Assembly: GCA_964356815.1 (NCBI GenBank)
Contig: CAYHIR010000004.1
Span: 842 to 64,841 of the forward strand
Reading direction: 5' to 3'
DNA from: an uncultured Candidatus Saccharibacteria bacterium
GTDB taxonomy: Bacteria > Patescibacteriota > Minisyncoccia > Phycocordibacterales > DATGWK01
Length of the DNA stretch: 64,000 nucleotides
Of this stretch, positions 10,034 to 19,371 are shown piece by piece. Numbering within the stretch: position 1 is the first letter of the stretch; the number at the start of each line of letters is the position of its first letter. The translations under genes and the position numbers were made by a program. Under the pieces are notes generated by a model, which did not search any database, was not told where the DNA came from, and saw only the letters and a program-made list of their open reading frames with translations.

Positions 10034-11313
10034 AAGTCGAAACCCCAAAGGCTTGAGTCTTTTTTGTTTGTGAAAATGAGAATTTTTTCGCTGGCGTCGA
10101 GCGCGAGATTTGTGGCGTCGATTTCTTCATTTGAGGTTGAGAGTGAGCGGAGGTCGGCAATAACTTGGGCTTCCCCACTGCCGGTGTCGATGCTCCAGAT
10201 GGAATCGTTGAAAGAAATCTGACCGTCGTACCAATTGTCTGGATAGTTGGCGCCTGGAAGAGTTTTTGGCACAGCGCAAATTATTTTTATACTGTCTTTC
10301 ATCCAAATACATTTATCGGCGAGAGTTTTGGTTTGAGTGAGCTCGGTTTTGACGCCAGTTTTTACATCAAAAAGTTTTAAGTTGAGAGAACTGCCGGCGG
10401 CCTCTGAGTATAAAATCTTGGTCATGTTGGGCGCAGGAGCAACAGAAAGGCCAGCAATGCCACCCAATAGCTTTGAGAGTGCGCCAGTGGCTGGGCTCAT
10501 TGTGTATGAATAGCCGAAAGCCGCCGCGCTTGGCTTTGTGGTGATTACTATCGTTGCTTCGCGAGGCCAAGAAGCCGTCCATTCATTTATTGGCGATTCA
10601 AAAATCTTGGCTGGATTTTTGCCGTCTATTAAAGCTGTGTAGCCCACTCCGCTCGCGCCACCGTTTTTAAGCATATAGAAAATCCGATCTTTTGCCGTGA
10701 AGTGGGCAATGTTTGTGATGTTGCCCGGGAGAAATGCGCCGCTCAGCTCTTGGAGGTTTGCTTCGGTGCTAGTCGCGCTTTGCATTGGCGCGACTTTAGC
10801 GTGCATAGTTTGGATGACGCCTGCATCGTTCACGTATCGGAGGATGACACCTGCGCCATTGCCCTGCCACAAAGCCTCTTTGATTTTTGGAATTGTTGTA
10901 TTTGAAATTCTCACAGGGCCGAATGCGCTCGCGCCGCCAGTGCTTCCGCTCATGCTCGCTTGCAAGGCTTCCCTGTTGCTCACTTGGGCTTCGTAAACAT
11001 TGCCCATGGCACTGTCTATGAAACGAACAAATGTTTCGGTGCCTTGAGTGAACAGACCAGTGCCAGCTTGTGGTGCGCTAGAAATTTTCCAGAGGCGAGT
11101 AATTGGTGCTGGTGCGGAAATAATTGGCTCTGTGTCGGCTGGCGTTTCTGTGATTGGTGCGGTGCCGCCAGTGCCGAAAGGAAAGAAATCACCGATGCTA
11201 ATGTTCCCCATGCTCGGGCCGCCATTTTCCTGACGATCGAAAAACCAATATGCTCCGAGGCCGAGTGCCGCGGCGAGAACGATGATTATTAATGTCCAAA
11301 AGATTTTTTTCAT
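10030..11313 (-). CDS. Membrane-anchored probable beta-propeller protein
   Basis: N-terminal TM helix, then repeated short beta-rich blades. Confidence 0.55.
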   Translation of the reverse strand: MKKIFWTLIIIVLAAALGLGAYWFFDRQENGGPSMGNISIGDFFPFGTGGTAPITETPADTEPIISAPAPITRLWKISSAPQAGTGLFTQGTETFVRFIDSAMGNVYEAQVSNREALQASMSGSTGGASAFGPVRISNTTIPKIKEALWQGNGAGVILRYVNDAGVIQTMHAKVAPMQSATSTEANLQELSGAFLPGNITNIAHFTAKDRIFYMLKNGGASGVGYTALIDGKNPAKIFESPINEWTASWPREATIVITTKPSAAAFGYSYTMSPATGALSKLLGGIAGLSVAPAPNMTKILYSEAAGSSLNLKLFDVKTGVKTELTQTKTLADKCIWMKDSIKIICAVPKTLPGANYPDNWYDGQISFNDSIWSIDTGSGEAQVIADLRSLSTSNEEIDATNLALDASEKILIFTNKKDSSLWGFDF

Positions 11314-12768
11314 TTAATTATTTGTTGGCGGAGCGGGCGTCGTGCTCGGGTCGAGGGTTGTCGTCAAAATATTTGGATCAATTGTGTTTAAAATGAGCCA
11401 AGAGCCGATCGCGAGGAGCAAACCGATAATAGCCTGATTGATTTTTTCTTTGCCGGCGGATTTGTTGCTGATGACGTCTGTTGTCATGTATTCAAGACCG
11501 CCGATGATGATCATAATCACTGCCAATACTGCCGCCGCGCCGATGAGAAAACGAAACATGGCCATGACGTATGTAGAGAAATCACTAATTTTATAGTCGC
11601 CGGTGGCGGCATTAAACAGGCCTGGCAATGGCACGAGCGGCTCGTACTCAAGCTGGTTTCCTTGAGCCAAGGCTGTTTGAGCGCCTAAAAATTTGTTCAA
11701 ATAACTTTTCTCGGGCAACAAACTCGTCTCACCGCCAGCGTTTTCAGCCGATTTAAATTCAATCGTAAACGGCGCGTCTGCTCCTTGGAGGTAATTGGTT
11801 TTGTGGCGGGCACTCACGCGCACAGAAGCTGAGCCACCGCCCTCGGCTGGTGCTCGGAAGACCACTTCATTGCTCTTCTGCGCGGTCTTTACACTGTTTT
11901 GAGTCCATGAGAAGTCGATATTGTTTGTGTCGTTGTCGTTTGTGGCAGTAAAGAAAAACGGCATGGCGGTGAACGTTGCCTCTGAGCGATCTTCAAAAGA
12001 AAAACTCCGGCCGTTCAAAGCACGCTCCATGCGTAGGCCGTAAAGCGGGCTGTTTTCGTATACCAAAAGCTTCGGGGAGACTTCAGAGACGACGGTTTTG
12101 CCAACGCCGCTGTATTCCCCACCTGTAGAAGACACTTCCACCTCCACTTCTATCGGCTTAGAGAGGACAGAAGGCACGACAGAGAAAGTTTTTCGGCCAT
12201 AGCCAGACGCCGCTTGCACGAGTGTGCCGTTTTGTTTCCATTTATACACGAGATTGGCGGAGTTGACCCTCACACCTTGAGTGGTAAGGAAAAACGGCTC
12301 AGCGACGACAGTCACGCGATCTTGATTGGAATGGAGAGCCTTACCTTCATATAGAGGAGGCACATACGAGCTGGCTTGCCAAAGCATGTCTATTTCCGCA
12401 GGGCGGATAGGAACGGTCTGCGATACTCCATCTATTGAAACGGTGACGTCTGAGACAGTACCCAATGCACCGGTAGTGAAGCTGTAGGTCTTCAAGCCCA
12501 CACCTCTCGCCGCTACTCTTCCACCTTGCGACCAAGAAATGTTCAAACCATTTATGTCGCGGGCGAAATCTTCCACCGTAACGCTAACTTTTTCAAAAGC
12601 TTTTGGATAACGCGGCATTACAGTTACTCGCATCGCCTGGCCTTCGGTGGCGTCTATGAAATCGAATTGGGCCCTCGCTATTTGTGGACTAAATTGCGGC
12701 GCAAAAGTGGTAAAAGCGGCAAAAACTAGAGCAACGCCCACAATGCCCAATAGATTTCTATAAAACAT
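11314..12768 (-). CDS. Secreted beta-rich protein fused to a C-terminal TrbC/VirB2-like (CPR-type) pilin
   Basis: Signal peptide; C-terminal LAVIMIIIGGLEYMT...GKEKINQAIIGLLLAIGSWLILNTIDP. Confidence 0.7.
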   Translation of the reverse strand: MFYRNLLGIVGVALVFAAFTTFAPQFSPQIARAQFDFIDATEGQAMRVTVMPRYPKAFEKVSVTVEDFARDINGLNISWSQGGRVAARGVGLKTYSFTTGALGTVSDVTVSIDGVSQTVPIRPAEIDMLWQASSYVPPLYEGKALHSNQDRVTVVAEPFFLTTQGVRVNSANLVYKWKQNGTLVQAASGYGRKTFSVVPSVLSKPIEVEVEVSSTGGEYSGVGKTVVSEVSPKLLVYENSPLYGLRMERALNGRSFSFEDRSEATFTAMPFFFTATNDNDTNNIDFSWTQNSVKTAQKSNEVVFRAPAEGGGSASVRVSARHKTNYLQGADAPFTIEFKSAENAGGETSLLPEKSYLNKFLGAQTALAQGNQLEYEPLVPLPGLFNAATGDYKISDFSTYVMAMFRFLIGAAAVLAVIMIIIGGLEYMTTDVISNKSAGKEKINQAIIGLLLAIGSWLILNTIDPNILTTTLDPSTTPAPPTNN

Positions 12769-12827
12769 GGTCTAATCTTAACACAGAGAAAGTACGCGGC
12801 TGTGGATGTTTGTTCACTAAGAAAGTG

Positions 12828-13373
12828 TTATTTTATGTATTTTAGTATCCCGGCACCTCTCAATTCCTCCAAAGCCAAATTAAATAACCTAACAATTTTC
12901 TTTTCGTGATGGTGGGCCATAAGTACGAAAATGGTCGCGATTGGAAAGATCTTAAAAAATGGTATGAATTCTATAATTATGACTACGACATATCTTTTCC
13001 AAAGCCAACGAATTATATATTTTTTCCAAAAACGACCTTTCAATTTACCTAAGCACCAAATGAACATGGTAATTGCGAATATAAAGGAAAATATTGTAGT
13101 CAAAATAATGCCGACAATAGAAAGGTCTAGGGAATCTAATACATCTTTTAATATCGCCGCCATTAACATGAGATAAGGGAAGTTTGGTTCTTCTGGTGGA
13201 TCTTCGACGATTAGTTCTTCGTCACCGTCTTCAAAATTCTCACCCTTATCGTTAAATATTTCTCGTACTCTTCCTAATATTCTTTGAAGTTCTTGTGTTT
13301 TTATATTTCCAGGTGCACGATATGCCGGTACAGCGGATGCTACCTCCTCTCCATTTTGTAAGTTTTCATCCAT
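12828..13373 (-). CDS. Hypothetical membrane protein of the T4SS-like cluster
   Basis: Hydrophobic segments; IEFIPF..IFP motif. Confidence 0.55.
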   Translation of the reverse strand: MDENLQNGEEVASAVPAYRAPGNIKTQELQRILGRVREIFNDKGENFEDGDEELIVEDPPEEPNFPYLMLMAAILKDVLDSLDLSIVGIILTTIFSFIFAITMFIWCLGKLKGRFWKKYIIRWLWKRYVVVIIIEFIPFFKIFPIATIFVLMAHHHEKKIVRLFNLALEELRGAGILKYIK

Positions 13374-13376
13374 AAG

Positions 13377-14138
13377 TTAAAATTCGCCGTCAATTGCTCG
13401 ATTGGTTTTCTTGCCAAGTAAAACATGAGAAATAATGTTGCCAATAATATGGATCATAAACCCGAGTAAAATATAACTGATAAATCTGGCGATCATAAAG
13501 ATGACTATACCGCCATAAGTTTGTGGAACTGTTGTAGAAATAGAGCCGCCGAGCAAAGCCTCTAGTGTCCACAACATACCAAGAGGTATATTTTCAAAGT
13601 GTGGAGTGTTGTGTTCAAAAATATAAACAAGGGTGCCTAATATTATGACAGTAAAAATGAGGGTAAAAAGGTAAATTTGCAAATTAAGTCGGATAATTGC
13701 CATTTTGTCTTCCTCGGAATGTTTTTCTAAATGTTCAAAACGAACAACTTTAGCCAAGCGCATCATTCTTAAAAAGCGGAGTATTCTCAGAGCTCGGAGT
13801 GATTTTAATGGAGTAAGGTTGGAGACGGAAAGTAATGTTGGTGTTATCGATACAAGATCAATAAGGCCAAAGAAGCTAAAGATATAAGAACTTTTTTTTG
13901 AACTCCCTACTATTCGACAAATGTATTCAACAGAAAAAATGAGAGCCGCTACGTATTCTATGATTAAGAAAATTTGATGGTAATTAGAAAACTGAGATAC
14001 GGATTCAAAAATTATCGCTAGTATTGAAATAACAATAACGATCGACAAAAAATCGTTTGTAACAACAAAAAGTCTCGAATTTGTATCGTAGAATGCTTTC
14101 CTACAAAACAGAGAGAAAGAGTGGAATATGTTTTTCAT
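13377..14138 (-). CDS. 6-TM voltage-gated ion channel family protein with a non-canonical pore
   Basis: IDLVSI in S3; S4 LRALRILRFLRMMRLAK; no TVGYG filter. Confidence 0.8.
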   Translation of the reverse strand: MKNIFHSFSLFCRKAFYDTNSRLFVVTNDFLSIVIVISILAIIFESVSQFSNYHQIFLIIEYVAALIFSVEYICRIVGSSKKSSYIFSFFGLIDLVSITPTLLSVSNLTPLKSLRALRILRFLRMMRLAKVVRFEHLEKHSEEDKMAIIRLNLQIYLFTLIFTVIILGTLVYIFEHNTPHFENIPLGMLWTLEALLGGSISTTVPQTYGGIVIFMIARFISYILLGFMIHIIGNIISHVLLGKKTNRAIDGEF

Positions 14139-14143
14139 ACATT

Positions 14144-15964
14144 TTACCCTCCCGTCGCCTCAAGCTCTTCCCTCGCCTTTTGGATGGAGAGGATTTGTGA
14201 TGGGTCGGAGGTGATGATTTGATCTTCAGTGTAAGACGCGATGGTTTTTATGGCCACGTGTTTTAAGCCGGCAAAGAAAATACCTTCGCCGACGCCAGAT
14301 TCAAGCAAAAGATATTTTTCTTCATCAGTTAGATTAAAAACTTGTTGTAGCTTGTCGATAGATGTTGGCGATTGCTTCATGAGCATTTGGATGGAAGAGT
14401 TGGTGATGATCGGCAAACCGTATGGCGATTTCAAAAAGTCGTCAACGTCTTGAGTGATTGTGGCGAGACCGAGGAAATATTTGCGACCACGTTTGGCGAG
14501 TGAGAGTAAGAAAGAAGCAGTGTCTTCAGATTTCATCATCCACCAGGCTTCGTCGATCACGAACAAACGCTTTTTTAATTCTTTGCGAATTGTGTTCCAA
14601 ATATAGTGCGTGACGATGTACATCGCGATCGGTTTGAGTTCGTCTTCCATGTCGCGGAGAGAAAAGACGACAAGTTTTTTATTGATATCAATATTCGTCG
14701 GGCGATTTATAAATCCCGACCAAGTGCCTTTAGTGTATTTTGAGAGCCGTTGTGCAAGTGATTCCCCACCTTCCATACCGGATAGGACGAGTTCGAAGTC
14801 GGACATAAGTGGCGGCTCGATATTTTGAAAATCAGATTCGGCAGTGATGTCTTTCAAGGCGTACGTCTCGGTGATCGCGCGATCCATAATGGCATCTTCT
14901 TCTGGTGTGAGGCCGCCCATCATCAAGCGGAAAAGGCCGATGAGATTGATGATATTTGAACGAAGAACAGACGCCGCAGATTCATCTTTGCCGGGCGGCG
15001 CGAGATCAAATGGGTTGATATGATGCTCAGAATTGAGAGAGATTTTAAAATATCGGCCGCCGACAGTCTCTGCCAAATATTCATATTCCCTTTCTGGATC
15101 GAGCACAATAACTTCTGTGTCGAACATCAGCGTGCGAATGATTTCGAGCTTCGTGGCATAAGATTTTCCGGCGCCAGACTTGGCGAAAGTGATGGAATTG
15201 TAATTTTCCAAAGAGAAACGATCGAAAAGCACGAGGCTGGAATTGTGGCGATTGATGCCGTAAAGCACGCCTTTGTCTGACGTGAGATCGAAAGAAATAA
15301 ATGGAAAGAGGCTCGAGAGCGGCGAGGAATTGAGCTTTGAGTGCACTTCGAGAAGATCTGTAGCGATTGGCATGACGCTTTTGAATGCCTGCTCTTGCTG
15401 GAAAAGCGCCGGCTTCACATAGACAAGTTTCGACTCAAGGATCGATTTCATTTCCGACTCTATTTTATCGAGTTCGGTTTCGTTTTCAGCATAGAGTGTG
15501 ATGTAGAGGCCAACATCGAAAAGTTTTTCTTGCGCTTGCTGAAGATTGTCGCGCAAATTTTCCAAGTCTTGATATGCCGTGTCGAGCATCGGATCGCGCA
15601 CCATGCCCTTGGCTTCCCGCTCATGTATTTGACTCTGCACCTCAGCGACCTTTTTTTGAAATTGGCGAAGAACTTTCACTGTGTCTACTGGATGAACGAA
15701 AATGGAAACGTCAAACATTTTGTCGAGATTGATGATCGGCGCAAACCAACTTTCATTTAAAAAACGCGGATATGAAATAACGAAAAATGTACGGACGAGT
15801 TTGTCGCCAAGATTCAAATCACGCGGACCAATCTTCAACGCACTCGGCGCGATAATATCTTTGAGCTCAAGAGTCTCGGCCTCATACACTTCGCGTGGCA
15901 AAAATGGCGCGACAGGAATCGGCCCGCGCTCTTTCTTTTTGAAAATGTTACTGAAGAATGACAT
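14144..15964 (-). CDS. virB4: VirB4-like ATPase
   Basis: Walker A AKSGAGKS, LDPEREY, INPFD, Walker B IDEAW, KRGRKY, ITQ; start MSFFS at 15964. Confidence 0.9.
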   Translation of the reverse strand: MSFFSNIFKKKERGPIPVAPFLPREVYEAETLELKDIIAPSALKIGPRDLNLGDKLVRTFFVISYPRFLNESWFAPIINLDKMFDVSIFVHPVDTVKVLRQFQKKVAEVQSQIHEREAKGMVRDPMLDTAYQDLENLRDNLQQAQEKLFDVGLYITLYAENETELDKIESEMKSILESKLVYVKPALFQQEQAFKSVMPIATDLLEVHSKLNSSPLSSLFPFISFDLTSDKGVLYGINRHNSSLVLFDRFSLENYNSITFAKSGAGKSYATKLEIIRTLMFDTEVIVLDPEREYEYLAETVGGRYFKISLNSEHHINPFDLAPPGKDESAASVLRSNIINLIGLFRLMMGGLTPEEDAIMDRAITETYALKDITAESDFQNIEPPLMSDFELVLSGMEGGESLAQRLSKYTKGTWSGFINRPTNIDINKKLVVFSLRDMEDELKPIAMYIVTHYIWNTIRKELKKRLFVIDEAWWMMKSEDTASFLLSLAKRGRKYFLGLATITQDVDDFLKSPYGLPIITNSSIQMLMKQSPTSIDKLQQVFNLTDEEKYLLLESGVGEGIFFAGLKHVAIKTIASYTEDQIITSDPSQILSIQKAREELEATGG

Positions 15965-15983
15965 TGTTTTTCGCCGTTTTTTA

Positions 15984-16652
15984 CTAAACCCCCGCCGGCT
16001 CGGCGAGCTGAATCGGTTTCTCCATTTCGCCTGGGTTGAACACTTTGTACAAAAGCTCAATCACCTCTTCTGTGCCAAGCTCAATGACGCGCACGCCACA
16101 ACGCACCAAGCCTTGCTCCACCACCGAAATTCTTTGCTCAAGCTGAGTGCGATATTCCTCGAAAAGTTCTTCACTGGCTTTGTTTTTGCTTCCACCACCG
16201 CGACCTTTGAAAAGCTGGCCAAAATCAGGCAATTTGCTCCCCGACTTAGATTGGAGCATGGCTGGAGAATACGGGATGACGATGAAAAAGTGCTTCGTCA
16301 TAATGCTCGTGCTCTCAGTGAAATTTTTGATGAAGCCAATGTATTCTTCGACTTGAATTTTCATCAAATCGTTGACCTGCTTTTTGCGCTGTTGCTCAAG
16401 GAGCGCAAGATATGGCCGAATGTCGAGACGACGCGACTGAATGAAAATTTGCACAGAAAAATCGAGCGAATTGAGAAAATCTTGGAAGGAATAGAGAATG
16501 GCTTCGCGTTCGTCGTTGGATTTTAACGAGAAATTGAGAGATGAAGCAATGACAACAGCTCGAAGTGTACCGTCTTTGAGCACCACGATGCCATCGCGGA
16601 CCTCTTTTATCGGCACAAATTCTTGCGTTGCTCCAGCTTTAGTTGTCGCCAT
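15984..16652 (-). CDS. VirB4-associated (TraC/VirB4 N-terminal-like) protein
   Basis: TQEFVPIKEVRDG...NFSLKS..E..FLNSLDF; lies directly upstream of virB4. Confidence 0.7.
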   Translation of the reverse strand: MATTKAGATQEFVPIKEVRDGIVVLKDGTLRAVVIASSLNFSLKSNDEREAILYSFQDFLNSLDFSVQIFIQSRRLDIRPYLALLEQQRKKQVNDLMKIQVEEYIGFIKNFTESTSIMTKHFFIVIPYSPAMLQSKSGSKLPDFGQLFKGRGGGSKNKASEELFEEYRTQLEQRISVVEQGLVRCGVRVIELGTEEVIELLYKVFNPGEMEKPIQLAEPAGV

Positions 16653-16692
16653 TGTTTTTGTCGCTTTATTATATCAGAACCAGCTACAAGAC

Positions 16693-17406
16693 TTATTTTA
16701 ATACTGACATATAATTTTTGAGTAAAAAGATGACCTCTTTTCGCAGGTGATTTTTGACCCAAGCTTTTTCTTTTTCATTTGGTAAAAGTTCAGCTAATCC
16801 TCGCAATATTTCATTGTCTTTGACCGCTTCCACAACCGGAATGCAATCGGCCATGTATTCTTCGATAGTCTTGCCGGTTCGAGCCTTTATCACCTCGGCA
16901 TTAATGTCCCAGTGATTTGCACCAAAAAACCAAATATCATAAATATCCCGCATAGCTGTTTCGCTTCGGGTGGTCAGAGCCGCGAGCTTGCTGGCAAAGA
17001 GATAATCTTTCTTGCCAGTAAGCATCGAGATACCAAGATATTCTTTCATTTCGTAGTGTTCTTTGATGTCTGGTATGAGATTTCGCATGCTCAATTCAAC
17101 TTTGACATTGTGATCAGTGTCGCCATAGGAGAGCAGGAAAAAGATGGTATTTTGCTTTATATAATTATCTTTGTTCTCTCCATATTTTCGGAGCATTCTG
17201 CCGATTTTTTCGTATACCAATTTTTGTGTGGCTTCATCAGTAGAGAAGAGGTCGAAGTCTAAGTCGACAGAAAATCTAGTTAGGTCATAGAAAAAGTAGG
17301 CACAGGTGCCACCTTTGAATCCAATGAGAGATGAGATAGAAGTATCGGAATAGATATCCCTCAAGATCTGTCCCATGATGAGCTGGTGTTTTTCTTTATT
17401 GAGCAT
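16693..17406 (-). CDS. abiEii: AbiEii nucleotidyltransferase toxin (type IV TA)
   Basis: FKGGT, RFSVDLDF, K..A...R...RDIYDI. Confidence 0.9.
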   Translation of the reverse strand: MLNKEKHQLIMGQILRDIYSDTSISSLIGFKGGTCAYFFYDLTRFSVDLDFDLFSTDEATQKLVYEKIGRMLRKYGENKDNYIKQNTIFFLLSYGDTDHNVKVELSMRNLIPDIKEHYEMKEYLGISMLTGKKDYLFASKLAALTTRSETAMRDIYDIWFFGANHWDINAEVIKARTGKTIEEYMADCIPVVEAVKDNEILRGLAELLPNEKEKAWVKNHLRKEVIFLLKNYMSVLK

Positions 17407-17983
17407 GTTTTCGGTAGTTAGCCCGGTACTTTTTTAGGCGCTTTATTAATTGCTTATTATCGTAAATTTTTACAAGCTCGAAGCAGATCTCCCAGTTGAT
17501 AGATCGTAGGTTGTCAAAATAAAATTTAGGAGATAAATAAATAGTGTCGAGGAATGCTCGCTCTGGTGTGGCGATACTGTAATTCTTTTCATTTTTTATA
17601 CCAATTGCATTGTAGAGCACACCGTCTTTTAGTTTTCTGAAGGTAATCGTTTTATCGCCAACCTTTTTTGTTGTAGGATAGGGACCAGCTACGAAGATCG
17701 CAGTCTGATGTTGGAAAATAATTCCGGCTTCTCGGAGGACCGTTTCAAAGCTGATGTATGAAGGGGTATAAATACTTGTTGCGAGTTCTTTGACATCATA
17801 TTCCTTGTTCTTGGCAAAAACGCCACGAGTCAGACGGATCAGTGATCCTTGTTTGGCGTAGTATTTGATCTTTGAGAAAAGATTGACGGTATTGGTTTCC
17901 TCCCAAATTAAAGCTATATCCTTTACGGTCAAGATTGTCTTGGGGGATTCGTATAATTTGGCAATAAGGTTGTCTGCAGCCAT
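17396..17983 (-). CDS. abiEi: AbiEi antitoxin / transcriptional regulator
   Basis: LIRLTRGVF, PSYISFETVL and IATPERAFLD; overlaps abiEii. Confidence 0.85.
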   Translation of the reverse strand: MAADNLIAKLYESPKTILTVKDIALIWEETNTVNLFSKIKYYAKQGSLIRLTRGVFAKNKEYDVKELATSIYTPSYISFETVLREAGIIFQHQTAIFVAGPYPTTKKVGDKTITFRKLKDGVLYNAIGIKNEKNYSIATPERAFLDTIYLSPKFYFDNLRSINWEICFELVKIYDNKQLIKRLKKYRANYRKHAQ

Positions 17984-17997
17984 ATATTAGTATGTTT

Positions 17998-18054
17998 AAT
18001 GGAAAGGTGATATCTCCACCCCTCCATTGTATATTATGATGAAAATCATGTAAA
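17998..18054 (-). promoter_or_regulatory. abiE promoter with an overlapping inverted-repeat operator
   Basis: Minus strand TTTACA-N17-TACAAT (18054-18026); IR AATGGAAAGGTG (17998-18009) / CACCCCTCCATT (18017-18028), 10/12 match. Confidence 0.65.
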
Positions 18055-18076
18055 TATGGCTAATTTTTGATCGCTA

Positions 18077-18562
18077 TCATTCCCACCCCTCAAGCTTCGG
18101 TTTTACAAACTTGTCGCTGTTTATGTCGCTAAATTTTTTGAAGTCGTCGTCTTCATCTCGCGTCACTGGATTCAAACTTTCTTTAACGTCGAGTGTCCAT
18201 GAAAGATCGCGGAGCTTGCTCTCGGAAAGTTTTGGCACAAACACCGCATTTTTTTTCGACTCTTCCCTTTCAGCGAGCGGTTTCGGCTCATGTTTCCATA
18301 TATAGAGCTTGTCTTTCACCGCATAGTGTAGAAAAGATTCAACAGCTCGAATGAATGGCCGATTGTTTATCTTGTAAAATGCGAGCGCCGTACCAAAAAC
18401 GCCTAGCAAAATAATGAGTGGCACAGCGATGAGAAATGGCAAAAAAGTGTACGCAATGATACACGCACCAGCCGCACCAGCCAGGTATATAAATTGTTTG
18501 AAGGTCAACGGTCCGATGACCTTATCCTCGACATCAGTGAATTGTGGAACTTGGAATCGCAT
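18077..18562 (-). CDS. prgI: PrgI-family (VirB3-like) membrane protein
   Basis: FQVPQFTDVEDKVIGPLTFKQF, two TM helices, INNRPF; start MRFQ at 18562. Confidence 0.85.
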   Translation of the reverse strand: MRFQVPQFTDVEDKVIGPLTFKQFIYLAGAAGACIIAYTFLPFLIAVPLIILLGVFGTALAFYKINNRPFIRAVESFLHYAVKDKLYIWKHEPKPLAEREESKKNAVFVPKLSESKLRDLSWTLDVKESLNPVTRDEDDDFKKFSDINSDKFVKPKLEGWE

Positions 18563-18599
18563 TTTGTTTTGCCGCGCTCCGCGGCGATGCACGTTTAAA

Positions 18600-19364
18600 T
18601 TATTTTATCGGCTCGCGATACGGATCGCCGCCATTGTAGGTATTTTTTCTTTTCTCATCCACCTCCGTCTTCACCTGGCTCTCATCACGCTCCGTGCGCA
18701 CGAGTTTACTCAACTTCTGATCCACTATCGAACTAAATTTTGGCGCGAGTGGTTGTGGTACAGGAACGCTGGTTGTTGGCTTAAACGAAGCAGGTGCCGG
18801 TGTCATGACAGGTGCGACTGCTACAGAAGGCGTGACGGGCGCGACCGACTTAGAAAGTGACGGTGTAGAGAAAGCGGTTTTTATCGGCATTTTATTGCCA
18901 CCTTCTTTTGGCATGAGAGTTTGGCTGTGTAGATGCGGTTCGCGAATCATTTCATGTGATGGGAGGAGGTGGTTGGATGCAAGCATTTTTTCGCTAAGAT
19001 CATCAGGCCTAGATTTAACAGGTCTAGATTCTGATATTGCGCGTAATTCCTCCTCCATTTCCTTTAGAAGGCCCATCACCGGATCAAATATTTCTTTGTT
19101 TGTGTCAGAAGATATTTTAATTGCCTGGTCGTAAGACACTCCGACTTTCTCCACTGCGTTCGCTCTAAACTTGCTCAATGGTTCTAATCCAAAAAGCACA
19201 AAAAATGTTTCATTTTCCAAGGAATATTTTTGGTCTGTTGTCAAATTATATTTTGTTCCAATGGAGATTATTTTATCCTTGGTCAATGGATTTATAATCG
19301 TATCCTGGACATCAGAAGGCAGAACTTCAAAGTTTTCTTTTAATGTTTTTAATGTTTCGTCCAT
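18600..19364 (-). CDS. Hypothetical protein with a Pro-rich linker and C-terminal DPYREPI motif
   Basis: Long ORF inside the operon. Confidence 0.6.
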   Translation of the reverse strand: MDETLKTLKENFEVLPSDVQDTIINPLTKDKIISIGTKYNLTTDQKYSLENETFFVLFGLEPLSKFRANAVEKVGVSYDQAIKISSDTNKEIFDPVMGLLKEMEEELRAISESRPVKSRPDDLSEKMLASNHLLPSHEMIREPHLHSQTLMPKEGGNKMPIKTAFSTPSLSKSVAPVTPSVAVAPVMTPAPASFKPTTSVPVPQPLAPKFSSIVDQKLSKLVRTERDESQVKTEVDEKRKNTYNGGDPYREPIK

Positions 19365-19371
19365 ATTTTTT

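Noticed and set aside
15702-16526. 274-aa plus-strand ORF and the many other antisense or nested ORFs in the track
   Set aside because: They lie opposite or within well-supported genes and have no recognisable motifs
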